A stretch of DNA of 64,000 nt. Origin: Patescibacteria group bacterium. Lineage in GTDB: Bacteria > Patescibacteriota > Patescibacteriia > UBA9934. The translations under genes and the position numbers were made by a program. The notes under the pieces were generated by a model that had not been told where the DNA came from, did no database searches, and was given only the letters and a program-made list of their open reading frames with translations. Positions 18,863 through 29,203 of the stretch are shown one piece after another (positions within the stretch are counted from its first letter, which is position 1; every line of letters begins with the position of its first letter). The stretch is taken from NCBI GenBank assembly GCA_018062825.1, contig JAGORL010000002.1, positions 129,629-193,628 of the forward strand. Reading direction: 5' to 3'.

Positions 18863-19057
18863 TTATACTCCTTTCTTTACGGTTTGCGAAGGCTCAGAAA
18901 ACACAAGAAGTACAAACCCAAAAACAATCGGCAAAAGCACCACTAGGAAAAACGGTATCTCGGAAGAAACAAAGCCCGGAACACGCCATTCAATAAAAGC
19001 CGCAAAAAGCGCGTTGAGACTAAAAAGTGAAGTGGCAAATCGAAGAAAAGAGATCAT
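18863..19057 (-). CDS. Small membrane protein with two predicted TM helices.
   Basis: 64-aa hydrophobic ORF packed between two genes. Weak support. Confidence 0.3.
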   Translation of the reverse strand: MISFLRFATSLFSLNALFAAFIEWRVPGFVSSEIPFFLVVLLPIVFGFVLLVFSEPSQTVKKGV

Positions 19058-20526
19058 AGGCCAAATATCTGCTTGATGAACTTTTTAGTCATAAAAGTAA
19101 ACCGATCAAATCCTCGCACATCGCTTGTTAGCGTCACGCGAATCTCATACAGTCGCAAAGACTCTTCGTAACTGGAGACCTTTGGTACTGATATAAGAAA
19201 CTTATATGCCCCTCGCTCGGTTGCAAGTGATGAAAGCGGCCAGGTAGCAATCGCTTCTCGCACACCGCTTTCACTAAGTTGTGAGTCGGGCAAACGAGCA
19301 AGTACCGCACCACCAACATCCTCCGGGAAGCGCATACCAAGCGGTGGCGACTGCGGTGAAAAAAGTGCCCGCTCATGAAAGGCAAATGTTCCATCACCCG
19401 TAATGCGTATTAAGCCACCTGGAACAAGCAAAGCATCTCCGTCAAGTTCGACTTCATATTTCTCGCCAACGCGTGCAAGTTCCACCACCAAAGAACCTGA
19501 GCGCACCTGACCAAGCGCCTCAGCAGATAACGGCTCAATCACAACGCTACGTGCTGTCGTAAAAATCTCCATCTCGTCATCATAATCAAACTGCACACGA
19601 TTCTTAAACGCAAACTTACCAGTCGTTATTTCATAATTCGCAAAACGAATATCGCTCGTTGCCGTAAGCACCAAACGATATACACCCTCGGAGAGATTCG
19701 TCGCGGACAACTGAATCACACGAGCGTCTGACAAAATGCCATCAGTTGAAATATCACCATCATCAACAAGTGTCGCACTAGAAACCGCAGAGCCCTGCGC
19801 ATCAAAAAGCGCGACCACAACATCGTCCTGACCGTAAACAAGATTCGCATCAGAAGCAGTAAGCTCTAAAGTAATCGTCCCCTCCTGAACATAGACATAC
19901 GCCTCATGCGCACCAAAAAGAACTGCCTCACTCGTATAAAAACGATCAAGCGCTGCTCGCGCGCCTTCCCTATACTGCACCGGCCATGCGGCACGATACG
20001 TCGCAACCTGCGCTGGTGAAACATTACTTACTACTGCAGATGCCATTGATTCACCATCAGCTGGAATATACAAAGCAGCTACGCCATCTACAAGCTCAAC
20101 ACGCTCACCGGTAGCGCCCTCAAGACCAGCGTGAAACATCGGCACGAGATCATAGGCCTGCGCAAACAAATCCTTCAGGGCGCCAAGTTCGAAAAGCGGT
20201 GTACCCCCTTCTAAAAACACCACTTCAACCTGCGCAGCATCAAAATCTCCGTATGGCGGCGTAACTGTAAAATAAAGTGGCTCATCTTCAACAATCACAA
20301 AGGCGCCACGACCATCGCTTTGCACATCACTAAGCCGATCGCTCGGAAGTGGGCTATGAAGCCAAGTGCTTTCTTCACCAGGGCGCCAAACAAGAACGCG
20401 CTCTCCATCAAGTTGCGCATACTGCAAAAAAAGCCACAGCCAAAAAAAGGCTACAAGAAGCGAGAGAAATAATTTCACAATGAGAGTACGCATACTATCG
20501 AGATGAAATCTGATAAAGCGTCTCAT
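19054..20526 (-). CDS. Hypothetical membrane-anchored or secreted protein.
   Basis: N-terminal TM/signal 'LIVKLFLSLLVAFFWLWLFL' with a large extracytoplasmic domain. Confidence 0.5.
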   Translation of the reverse strand: MRRFIRFHLDSMRTLIVKLFLSLLVAFFWLWLFLQYAQLDGERVLVWRPGEESTWLHSPLPSDRLSDVQSDGRGAFVIVEDEPLYFTVTPPYGDFDAAQVEVVFLEGGTPLFELGALKDLFAQAYDLVPMFHAGLEGATGERVELVDGVAALYIPADGESMASAVVSNVSPAQVATYRAAWPVQYREGARAALDRFYTSEAVLFGAHEAYVYVQEGTITLELTASDANLVYGQDDVVVALFDAQGSAVSSATLVDDGDISTDGILSDARVIQLSATNLSEGVYRLVLTATSDIRFANYEITTGKFAFKNRVQFDYDDEMEIFTTARSVVIEPLSAEALGQVRSGSLVVELARVGEKYEVELDGDALLVPGGLIRITGDGTFAFHERALFSPQSPPLGMRFPEDVGGAVLARLPDSQLSESGVREAIATWPLSSLATERGAYKFLISVPKVSSYEESLRLYEIRVTLTSDVRGFDRFTFMTKKFIKQIFGL

Positions 20527-22102
20527 CGCCTATTGTTTGCACTTCATCAATCCGCAAATCTAGATCAGCCAACTTTACTTCATTAAGATAGTCAATATCT
20601 TGCTGCGGCAACGTTATACCAAAGTAGTACAACGGAACCTCAGAAACGATAAGTGGCATTGCGGCGTATGTTGTTTCAGCCCGTAACGGCTGCACAACAC
20701 GTCGGTATGGAAAGAGAAATTTATCTGCTCGATCAACAACCACAACCGCCTCTGGCTCCGTAAGACGCACGATCTCAGCACGTTTTGCAGCCGAAGCCGC
20801 TAAAACCTCACGACTCCTAAGAAAACCATCATCGCCGCCAAAGACCGTCATAGCGCCTGACACAAGTAAGGCAAGTGAAACGACACCTATAACAAGAGAC
20901 TCCGGGATATACGGCTTAAGTCGTTGAGCAAATGAAGTGATCGCATATGCTCCAAGTGGGGCGCTAAACAAAAAGAGTGGCAAGAAATAACGAACATACG
21001 AATTACCAACAGTAACCACAAACGGATCGGGGTTATCATTAAATGTCCAACTGCCGTAAAGGGCGATTAACCACAAGCTAGCAAATGCGATGGTTACAAC
21101 ATACGCAAAACGAACGCGGCGATCAGAAGGCGCCTGCACGAAAAGAATCGCTCCAATAACCATGAGTGCTGAGAACAACGGGTACAGTAAAAACCCATAC
21201 TGAACCGCATGCTTCACCATTGCTTTGACTACGATGCCAAACGGAAATATGAGTGAAAAAAGTTTCGTCACAAAACTCGGCGTAATAATTTCGGCAGATG
21301 AAACGCCGCTACTCGTGAGAACAGCCGTGGTCTGCAAATAACCAAATGAAAAAGCGTTGCCATACGTAACCTCCTGCAACCCCAACAATGCAACAAGTGA
21401 CAAGAGTGAGAAGGCGGCAAAAACAGCGATGTCAAAAAGACGAAGGCGGCGCCACAAGCCGGAAAGACAAGCAAAGAGGAAGACGGATAAAATAATCCAC
21501 GGTGCCTCAGAAGGACGAATACATAACGCTGAACCAATCGTAAGCCCCGAGAACGCCGCATTGATAGCGACACGAGAAAACGGCTGACGCACACCAAACC
21601 AAACACCAATAACAAGTAGTGCTGCAAAAGCCACGTTATGCATGAGTGGTCGAGCAGCGTAATACCACAGTGCCGGATGCACAGCAGCAATAAAGCCTGC
21701 AAGCACGGCCGTTACCCGCTGGCGTGTGATGCGCCATGTCATATCTCCAATCGCAAACACAGCGATTACCGCGAGAAGCGGCGTAACCATGTAAATAGCA
21801 GCGGTACCAAAATATTTCAGTATCGTACCAAGAAGCGCCGGGAACAAGAGAAAGGTAGTTGGTACAAGACCTTGAGGAGCAGGGATAGCGCTACGTGGGA
21901 ATAAAAGAAACTGAACTGAAGCATTCAAAGGCTCGGCAAGAACAAAAGATCCCGTCTGCGCATACGCACGAGCAAAAACAAAAACCGCATTCTCATCAGG
22001 TGAAAGAAAAACCGCCTGTGTGCCAAATGACAAAAAGAAAAGCGTCGCGCACCACAGCGCAAGAAGCCCTCCAAGCGCAAGTTGCGCTTGAGAAATACGC
22101 AT
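20495..22102 (-). CDS. Polytopic membrane protein, possibly a GT-C-fold glycosyltransferase or polymerase.
   Basis: At least 10 predicted TM helices. Located within the glycan locus. Family assignment is by architecture only. Confidence 0.45.
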   Translation of the reverse strand: MRISQAQLALGGLLALWCATLFFLSFGTQAVFLSPDENAVFVFARAYAQTGSFVLAEPLNASVQFLLFPRSAIPAPQGLVPTTFLLFPALLGTILKYFGTAAIYMVTPLLAVIAVFAIGDMTWRITRQRVTAVLAGFIAAVHPALWYYAARPLMHNVAFAALLVIGVWFGVRQPFSRVAINAAFSGLTIGSALCIRPSEAPWIILSVFLFACLSGLWRRLRLFDIAVFAAFSLLSLVALLGLQEVTYGNAFSFGYLQTTAVLTSSGVSSAEIITPSFVTKLFSLIFPFGIVVKAMVKHAVQYGFLLYPLFSALMVIGAILFVQAPSDRRVRFAYVVTIAFASLWLIALYGSWTFNDNPDPFVVTVGNSYVRYFLPLFLFSAPLGAYAITSFAQRLKPYIPESLVIGVVSLALLVSGAMTVFGGDDGFLRSREVLAASAAKRAEIVRLTEPEAVVVVDRADKFLFPYRRVVQPLRAETTYAAMPLIVSEVPLYYFGITLPQQDIDYLNEVKLADLDLRIDEVQTIGDETLYQISSR

Positions 22103-22107
22103 AATAG

Positions 22108-22701
22108 CTATAACGAGTAAGTCAGAACTGCGATAAGCGAGAACAGAAGCGAAACGCCAAGCGTAATCTCACCAGCCAAAATAAGACCACTTGATTCAAA
22201 AATAAGTCCAAGCAGAAGGAGGGTAATCGAAGCAAATTGAAGGAACATTTTTGTCTTGCCCCAAATGTTAGCCATCATCACTGTGCCAACATTGCGACTA
22301 GACGCCCACCGAATTGCTGGCAGCGTATCAAAAAAGATCGCGGTAAAAACAATCGCCGGATGATAATGCTTGAGCGCCACAAGAAGCGCCACGGAGCCAA
22401 TAAGAAGCTTATCAGCAACCGGATCAAAAAAGATTCCCCACGGGGTGATCTGGTTACGCGTACGAGCCAAAGAACCATCTATCGCATCAGTAAACGCCGT
22501 GATCACAAAAAGCGGTACCGCCCAGGTATACATCTCCGCAAAAAGAAGCGCCAAAACAAATGGCGTCAACAGCATGCGTAAAACAGTCACCTGATTCGGC
22601 GTTACAAAACGAGGCACCAGGCGCAAAACCGTGGCTGCCATGAAGGCATCATGTGGAAATAGCTTTGGTTCAGTTGACATACCTTCCCTAAGATAAGCCA
22701 A
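22108..22701 (-). CDS. CDP-alcohol phosphatidyltransferase.
   Basis: 'DAIDGSLARTRNQITPWGIFFDPVADKLL' D-G-x2-A-R...G-x3-D-x3-D motif. Confidence 0.85.
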   Translation of the reverse strand: MAYLREGMSTEPKLFPHDAFMAATVLRLVPRFVTPNQVTVLRMLLTPFVLALLFAEMYTWAVPLFVITAFTDAIDGSLARTRNQITPWGIFFDPVADKLLIGSVALLVALKHYHPAIVFTAIFFDTLPAIRWASSRNVGTVMMANIWGKTKMFLQFASITLLLLGLIFESSGLILAGEITLGVSLLFSLIAVLTYSL

Positions 22702-22749
22702 ATCTCCATCATTCGCAAGTCAAAAATAACTTGCCAACACAGCCAGCAT

Positions 22750-24789
22750 TTGGGAAGCTACTGCCATATGGGTCGATTATACGTACTTGCAATTTTTGGG
22801 CTAATATTAGCACTTATTGCACCAATTATCTCCCAATTTTTCACCCTTGGCGCACAACTTGCCGGCCTGGGCTACCTTGGAATACTAGCGATCTTGGCAA
22901 AACCACCCCAAGGCTCAAATAGCGCTAGCCGACTAGCAACCGGCGCCTTAACGGGAATAAGCCTTCTCGCCATTGCCACAAGTGCAGTTTATTACCTCTC
23001 ATCAATCACCGTGACAACACTCTCTTTTGCCACAATAACGACCCTCACGATCTGCCTTGCGATAGCTTATAAAAACAGCACCCACGCAAAGGACGTTGAG
23101 AAAAGTAACTGGCGATCAATACTCGCTACTGTGATCGTTACACTACCACTTATCGCGAGCCTCTTCGCCATGAGTTCACATCCTATTCTCGATGCCGTTC
23201 GCACGCCATGGACAGCGCAAAATATCTTTCCAGTTCTTGCGCCAATTGCTCTAAGCGTCTTTCTCACCATCACCCTTCGCGCAAAAAAAATACTCACACC
23301 GTCAGCAGTAACACTACTCATCGGACTGACCGCCTTTACCATTACTAGTTTTGCCGCACTCGCCTACCCGCTTGGCTACGGATTTGATCCACATGTGCAC
23401 CGTGCCACGCTAGAACACATTGCAGAACACGGAACAATCACCCCCAAGCCACCGTACTACATCGCCATGTACGGCCTAGAACTTACGGCAAACATGCTTT
23501 TTGGCTTCACGCTAAGTGCCGTAGACCCGTTACTTGCTCCTATGCTTTTCGCGCTCACTGTCATGATCGCAATCGGCACACTCATGCACCAGAAAATAAG
23601 CGGACTAGTAACCCTTGCCCTAGTGCCACTAAGTGCCTTTATTCAAACCACCCCAAACGCGGTAAGCCTAGCGCTCCTTGTAGCTACAATTGTCAGTTCA
23701 GTATCTAAAGACATCTCACGATCATGGCTTTTTGCTTTTGCCGCCCTGCTCGCTCACCCGATTGCAGGGCTACCAGCGCTCATAGTTGCGTTAACCGCAA
23801 CCATAACAAGCAAACTTCCAGAACGTCACAAAAACATCGCGCTTATTTCTGCATTCTTCATAAGCGCCTTCACGCTCCCAGCGGCTTTTGTCATGGATGC
23901 GCATCTTGCACAACGCTCACTTGAATTCGTAATTCCAACCATAACCACACTGACTCAAAACATAACCCCAACAATAAACCTCCTCAAGCAAGGAAACGCC
24001 CCGTTGGATACCATATACAGTCTCGCCAGTATCCTAAGCCTCATCACATTCGCACTTGTCGTCTACGGCTACAAACACGCCTCAAAAAACGAGCGCCTCT
24101 TTGGTGCACTGTCACTTGGCACGCTGTGCTCAGCGCTCATCATCACAACCACATTACGCTTTTCGTACCTCATCTCGTACGAACAAAATGACTTTGCACT
24201 ACGAGCCGTAACAATCGCGAACCTACTAGCACTCCCATTACTTCTCAAAGGGTCCGAGGAGCTTTATAAAAAAGTAACCTTACAAAAAACAGGCTTCCAG
24301 ATTGGCACCGCCGCGGTGGTAGCACTCATCCTCGCTGTAAGCACCTACCTTGCCTATCCGCGCCATGATGCTTATGCAAATAGCTCCGGCTTCAATGTTT
24401 CGCAATCAGATGTACAAGCAGTGCAAATAATTGAAACATACGCTAATCAAAAAACGTATGCCGTACTTGGCAATCAAGCCATTTCAGCAGCCGCAATCAC
24501 CACCTTTGGCTTTAGCAATCGCTACCTAGCAAACGACACATACTTCTACCCAATTCCAACAAGTAGCCCACTCTACGCTGACTTTCTAGCCTTTACGGAA
24601 ATCGAGCAGTCACAAAAAGTAATCGATCAAGCTTTTGAACGCACCGACGCTGAACTGATCATTGTTGTTGTACACGATTACTGGTGGGACACTAAAAATA
24701 TAACGCAAAACGCCACCGCAATTGCCGATGACGTCTTGCAACTCCCCGATGGTTTACACGGATTTGCGTTTACAAAGAACGCTCCTTAG
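22750..24789 (+). CDS. Large polytopic membrane protein with a C-terminal soluble domain. Possibly a GT-C/YfhO-like glycosyltransferase.
   Basis: 679 aa with many TM helices. Function inferred from context and architecture only. Confidence 0.45.
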   Translation: MGSYCHMGRLYVLAIFGLILALIAPIISQFFTLGAQLAGLGYLGILAILAKPPQGSNSASRLATGALTGISLLAIATSAVYYLSSITVTTLSFATITTLTICLAIAYKNSTHAKDVEKSNWRSILATVIVTLPLIASLFAMSSHPILDAVRTPWTAQNIFPVLAPIALSVFLTITLRAKKILTPSAVTLLIGLTAFTITSFAALAYPLGYGFDPHVHRATLEHIAEHGTITPKPPYYIAMYGLELTANMLFGFTLSAVDPLLAPMLFALTVMIAIGTLMHQKISGLVTLALVPLSAFIQTTPNAVSLALLVATIVSSVSKDISRSWLFAFAALLAHPIAGLPALIVALTATITSKLPERHKNIALISAFFISAFTLPAAFVMDAHLAQRSLEFVIPTITTLTQNITPTINLLKQGNAPLDTIYSLASILSLITFALVVYGYKHASKNERLFGALSLGTLCSALIITTTLRFSYLISYEQNDFALRAVTIANLLALPLLLKGSEELYKKVTLQKTGFQIGTAAVVALILAVSTYLAYPRHDAYANSSGFNVSQSDVQAVQIIETYANQKTYAVLGNQAISAAAITTFGFSNRYLANDTYFYPIPTSSPLYADFLAFTEIEQSQKVIDQAFERTDAELIIVVVHDYWWDTKNITQNATAIADDVLQLPDGLHGFAFTKNAP

Positions 24790-25990
24790 TAACCGCAATC
24801 GCCTCTTCAAGCGCCTGCACAAAACGAATAGCGTATTTTTCTAGTGAGTAGTCAGCAACCGTGGCGTGAATAGCGGCTCGAGCATGAGAGAAAGCCTCTT
24901 TCTGCTTATCCATAAGTTGAATGGCCTCAAGTAAGGCCTGCGGATTACCAGGCTCAATAAGAAGCCCGCTCTTACCCTCCACGAGAAGCTCGGCAACCCC
25001 ACCGATACGAGAAGCAATAACCGGAATACCGGATTGCAACGCCTCATAAATCACTGTTGGTGAATTCTCATAACACAATGACGGCACAACAACCGCATCA
25101 ACAACCTGAAAGACCTTTGGCATCTCTTCACTTGGCGTGTACCCAAGGTAAATAATGCGCTTATCAGCAAGCGCCCTACGCTCAACAAGGGAACGCAACT
25201 GCCCGTCACCAGCGATAAGAAGTCGAGCCTCACCAGAGTAGCTCGCAAAAACATCCAGCAAGAAACGAATGCCTTTATGGGCAGCTAACTGACCAACGAA
25301 CAAAAGCTTAAGGGGCCCAGGCGAACGTGCTCGATCAAGTGGATCGGCATAATTTGGTGCCGGATTCGGCATCAAGACCATCTTAGACCGAGAAAACAAA
25401 CCAGAATCCGTGTACATCTCTTCAAGATACCGTGACGGCGAAATAACAATTGGTGGATTTCCAAACAACAACGAACACACCATCTGATACAACTTCAGAA
25501 GCGGTCGCAAAAAGATTGATTGCCGCTCCTTACCGTGCATGATTAAGCCCGACGGATGAATAAGCTGAACATCATGCACAACGTGCACGTGCGGCACGCC
25601 AAGAGAACGCAAAACCATCGGAATGGTAAGACCAATTCCCTTCAAGTTATGAGTAACAACAACGTCCGGGCGTTCATCCTCAACAATCTCCCGAACAGCA
25701 CGCGCTGCACTCCAGCCAAAAGCATCAATCACATGCCATAACAATCGAGTTGCTCGACTGTATTTATGGTCATCAAGAGTGAAGTAGATGTTTTTAGAAC
25801 GAACCCGGTAAACACGTTCAGTACTTGATCGATCAAGCTCAACATAATTACCAGCTGATTTTGGCTTTCCCGTTATCACAAAAACATCGTGACCCATCGC
25901 TAAAAGCTGCCCAACGGTACGCACAATAACCTGCTCAGCGCCGCCGCGGGTGTATGGGGGGTACAAATTTGTGATAATGCCGATCTTCAT
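24770..25990 (-). CDS. Glycosyltransferase family 1.
   Basis: MKIGIITNLYPPYTRGGAEQV... is a GT4-type N-terminus with a GT-B C-terminal domain. Confidence 0.8.
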   Translation of the reverse strand: MKIGIITNLYPPYTRGGAEQVIVRTVGQLLAMGHDVFVITGKPKSAGNYVELDRSSTERVYRVRSKNIYFTLDDHKYSRATRLLWHVIDAFGWSAARAVREIVEDERPDVVVTHNLKGIGLTIPMVLRSLGVPHVHVVHDVQLIHPSGLIMHGKERQSIFLRPLLKLYQMVCSLLFGNPPIVISPSRYLEEMYTDSGLFSRSKMVLMPNPAPNYADPLDRARSPGPLKLLFVGQLAAHKGIRFLLDVFASYSGEARLLIAGDGQLRSLVERRALADKRIIYLGYTPSEEMPKVFQVVDAVVVPSLCYENSPTVIYEALQSGIPVIASRIGGVAELLVEGKSGLLIEPGNPQALLEAIQLMDKQKEAFSHARAAIHATVADYSLEKYAIRFVQALEEAIAVTKERSL

Positions 25991-26000
25991 AACCTCATTT

Positions 26001-27146
26001 TCAACACACTTCAGCAGCTTTGTAAACTGAGATCAGGCTTTCACGCTCCATTGCTGTGCTATAGCGCTTAACAGCCCGTTCACGGGCAGCTTTACCCATA
26101 GTTTGCAAAAGAACCGGATCAAGACTAGCTCGTACCAAGGCTCGAGACCAAGCCTCAACGTCACACACCGGAACGCGCCATCCAGTCTCCTCTGGAACAA
26201 CAAGCGTACGAACTCCAGGAAGATCACTAACAAGGGACGGCAACCCACACGCAGCTGCCTGAAGAGTAACAAGTCCATACGCCTCAGCCTGGGAGATAGA
26301 TGGCAGAACATGCGCATCACATACCTGGTATGCCCGCACTAATTCCTCATCACTTACTGCACCAAGAAAACGCACAGATGAACTAAGGCCAAGATCCTCA
26401 GCAAGCCCTTCGTAAAACGAGCGCAATCCGCCGTCACCAACAAAAACAGCTTTAATATTTTGCTGCTGCTCACGCGCTTGAGAAAGTGCCCGTAAAAATA
26501 GTTCAACACCTTTAAAATGATGTGCGGCATCCATGCCACCAACAAATAAAAAGAGACGATCACCTTTTGAGAATTTCCAAATCTCTTCTCGCATCTGCGT
26601 ACGCAAAAGATCACCCTCAAGTGACGGCTTAAATAACTCTGCATCAACGCCAAACGGCACCGCAACAAGTCCGTGATGGCGAACACCTAAGGACTGCGCA
26701 TACTCAAGTGAACTAACAATAACCGCACGCGCCGTTCTTAAAACAATCGGCTCAAGAAACCATCGATGAAGTTTAAATAGAATTCCTAAAATACCCTTAC
26801 CGCGGGCCTGCATGTGATACGTAACAACAAGAGGAATCCCCCACCACCAAGCAGCAGCCGTAACCACAAGATCACTCCCGTAAAACGGATAGTGAAGGTG
26901 AATAACATCCGTTTGACGCAACTTAAAAAACAATCCCAAACACAGTGCAGCGTTACCATATTGCCACTGTGTATCAAGCAAATGCACCTGAGCATCAGAC
27001 GCTTGCAATTGGTCACGAGTATACCGAGGCGTAAAAACCCGAGCAGCAACACCAGCATCACGCAAAAGCGCGTACTCTCGCGCCGCCACCACACCCATGC
27101 CGCCCTTATACGGTGGAAACACTGGAGAGACAATATGAACACGCAT
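26001..27146 (-). CDS. Glycosyltransferase family 1.
   Basis: MRVHIVSPVFPPYKGGMGVV... The start was trimmed from 27185. Confidence 0.75.
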   Translation of the reverse strand: MRVHIVSPVFPPYKGGMGVVAAREYALLRDAGVAARVFTPRYTRDQLQASDAQVHLLDTQWQYGNAALCLGLFFKLRQTDVIHLHYPFYGSDLVVTAAAWWWGIPLVVTYHMQARGKGILGILFKLHRWFLEPIVLRTARAVIVSSLEYAQSLGVRHHGLVAVPFGVDAELFKPSLEGDLLRTQMREEIWKFSKGDRLFLFVGGMDAAHHFKGVELFLRALSQAREQQQNIKAVFVGDGGLRSFYEGLAEDLGLSSSVRFLGAVSDEELVRAYQVCDAHVLPSISQAEAYGLVTLQAAACGLPSLVSDLPGVRTLVVPEETGWRVPVCDVEAWSRALVRASLDPVLLQTMGKAARERAVKRYSTAMERESLISVYKAAEVC

Positions 27147-27150
27147 ACGT

Positions 27151-27486
27151 TTACTCCTTACGCTCCTTGGCCTGCTCAATAGCAATCTTACGCGTCAAAA
27201 CCGTAATATCACGTTCAAGTTTTTGCTGAGTAACAAGCAAACGATACACGGCATAAATAAGAACAACGATCGCGCAGTACACCAAAAGATCAGCACCGCG
27301 CCCCACGCCAACAAGCGAAGCGATGATATCAGTTGCCCATGGCACAAAAGCCACAACAAGGACCGCCAACCACAAAACACCAAAGCTCAATAGCCACTGA
27401 AGCGACACCTGCTTTTTGCGGTACTGCAAAAAAACACGACTAAGCGCAAAGACAGCAAAAATTCCTAAGGCAATTTGAAAAACCAT
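27151..27486 (-). CDS. Small membrane protein (DUF2304-like) that often accompanies GT2 genes.
   Basis: 111 aa with three TM helices, immediately downstream of the GT2 gene. Confidence 0.4.
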   Translation of the reverse strand: MVFQIALGIFAVFALSRVFLQYRKKQVSLQWLLSFGVLWLAVLVVAFVPWATDIIASLVGVGRGADLLVYCAIVVLIYAVYRLLVTQQKLERDITVLTRKIAIEQAKERKE

Positions 27487-27488
27487 AA

Positions 27489-28166
27489 TTAGCCAATAAC
27501 ACTCTTCTTAGCAAGATCTTTCAAAATCTTGAATCCTCCAAAAAAACTGCTCCCCTTCTTCAGCGAATCGGCGCTATAAAAAATAGTCACCGGTCGCTCG
27601 CAAAAACGTAACTTACGCGCTGCAATAAGATCCAAGATCTCAGAAGCATGCGCCATACGATCAAGCGTAATACGAACCTCAGTGCAGGCTTGCTTGTTAA
27701 AAGCTCGAAATCCATTGTGGGTATCAGTGATGCGAATACCGGAAGTAAGGCGCGTGAAAAGCGTTGCGAGCTTCAGGGTGAGGCGCCGAGTGAGCGGCAT
27801 GTTCTGAGCCTCCTTACCAAGAAAACGACTCCCAAGAACAACATCGGCCTCGCGGGCTAAAAGTGGCGCAACAAGGGCGGCAACATCCTCTCCCTGCATC
27901 TGGCCATCGGCATCAAAATGCACAATCGCGTCAGCGCCAAGCGCCTCAATAGCAAAATCCATGCCCGTCTGAAGCGCCGCCCCCTGCCCTCGATTAAGCG
28001 GATGAATGACAACAAACGCTCCCGCGGCCTGAGCGGCCCGCGCCGTATCATCCAAGCTACAATCATCAACAACCACAACGCCATCAACAAAACGAATAAC
28101 GTCACGCACGCTAGCGGCAACGCGTGGACCTTCGTTATATGCTGGAATAATGGCGATTATCTTCAC
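27489..28166 (-). CDS. Glycosyltransferase family 2 (polyprenyl-phosphate sugar synthase-like).
   Basis: MKIIAIIPAYNEGPRV...VVVDDCSLDDT. Confidence 0.8.
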   Translation of the reverse strand: MKIIAIIPAYNEGPRVAASVRDVIRFVDGVVVVDDCSLDDTARAAQAAGAFVVIHPLNRGQGAALQTGMDFAIEALGADAIVHFDADGQMQGEDVAALVAPLLAREADVVLGSRFLGKEAQNMPLTRRLTLKLATLFTRLTSGIRITDTHNGFRAFNKQACTEVRITLDRMAHASEILDLIAARKLRFCERPVTIFYSADSLKKGSSFFGGFKILKDLAKKSVIG

Positions 28167-28189
28167 AGGGGATGACTGTACAAAATTGC

Positions 28190-29191
28190 CTAGGAACCCG
28201 TCAATAAGAGCTTATTGGCCCGAACGTCATCGATCGTTTTTCGCAAACCGTCATCTAAACGCACAAGTGGCAACCAACCCAGACGTTCTTTAGCCTTTTT
28301 AAGCGATGGTAGACCCAGTGGAACCATAAATGGCGCTGCTGGCTCAAAAGTAATAGGCACCTCATGACCAGCAAGCTCCATAATCTTCTTTGCTACATCT
28401 ACAATTTTGAGCGAAGCATCTGAACCCAGATTTACCGGGCCAATACCACTCTCAGCACGCATGAGGCGCATGAGACCATCAACTGCATCGGCTACATATA
28501 AAAGCGATGTAGCGCTCTGGTCGTCACCGCTCATGGTCAAAGGCTTACCATCAAGAACGTTGAGGATGAAATCTGGAATCTGATGACCTTGGAAAAGCGG
28601 CATACGCGGACCGTACACCCGAAAAACACGTGCAATCTTCAAATCAAGATTGTGAACATCTGCGTACGTAGCAAACATGGTCTCAGCAAACTTTTTTCCT
28701 TCATTAAAACAAGCACGAGCATTCAAGTGATCAAGAACGCCAAGCGCAGTCTCTTCAATAGCGCCCTCATGATTAGGAATATTGCCGTACACCGAACCCG
28801 CGGAAACAAGTACCGCTTTTGATCGATACTTAGCAGCGATATCAAGCACATGACGCGTACCAATCGCGTTAGCAAGCAAAGCCTGCATGCGGTACTGCTC
28901 ATATCCCTTAACCGCCGTCGGCACAGCAAGATGATAGATTTCTTGAATACCAACAAATTTCACTTTATAGGTATCGAGTTCAGAAAAAGTCTCAAGATCA
29001 AACGGCACGCTGATATCAAGACGCAAAAACTGAAAATCCGGGTTACGCAAAAGCGGCTCGATATTACGAACGTTACCCGTTGAGAAATTATCGATACAAA
29101 TAACACGATTTCCTGCCTTCAGAAGCGCTTCACACAAAAACGATCCAATAAAGCCCGCTCCCCCGGTTACTAGCACGTTTTTCTTCTCCAT
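28190..29191 (-). CDS. NAD-dependent epimerase/dehydratase, UDP-glucuronate decarboxylase (UXS)-like.
   Basis: VLVTGGAGFIGSFLCEALLKAGNRVICIDNFSTG. Confidence 0.7.
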   Translation of the reverse strand: MEKKNVLVTGGAGFIGSFLCEALLKAGNRVICIDNFSTGNVRNIEPLLRNPDFQFLRLDISVPFDLETFSELDTYKVKFVGIQEIYHLAVPTAVKGYEQYRMQALLANAIGTRHVLDIAAKYRSKAVLVSAGSVYGNIPNHEGAIEETALGVLDHLNARACFNEGKKFAETMFATYADVHNLDLKIARVFRVYGPRMPLFQGHQIPDFILNVLDGKPLTMSGDDQSATSLLYVADAVDGLMRLMRAESGIGPVNLGSDASLKIVDVAKKIMELAGHEVPITFEPAAPFMVPLGLPSLKKAKERLGWLPLVRLDDGLRKTIDDVRANKLLLTGS

Positions 29192-29203
29192 ATTACTCGT
29201 ATT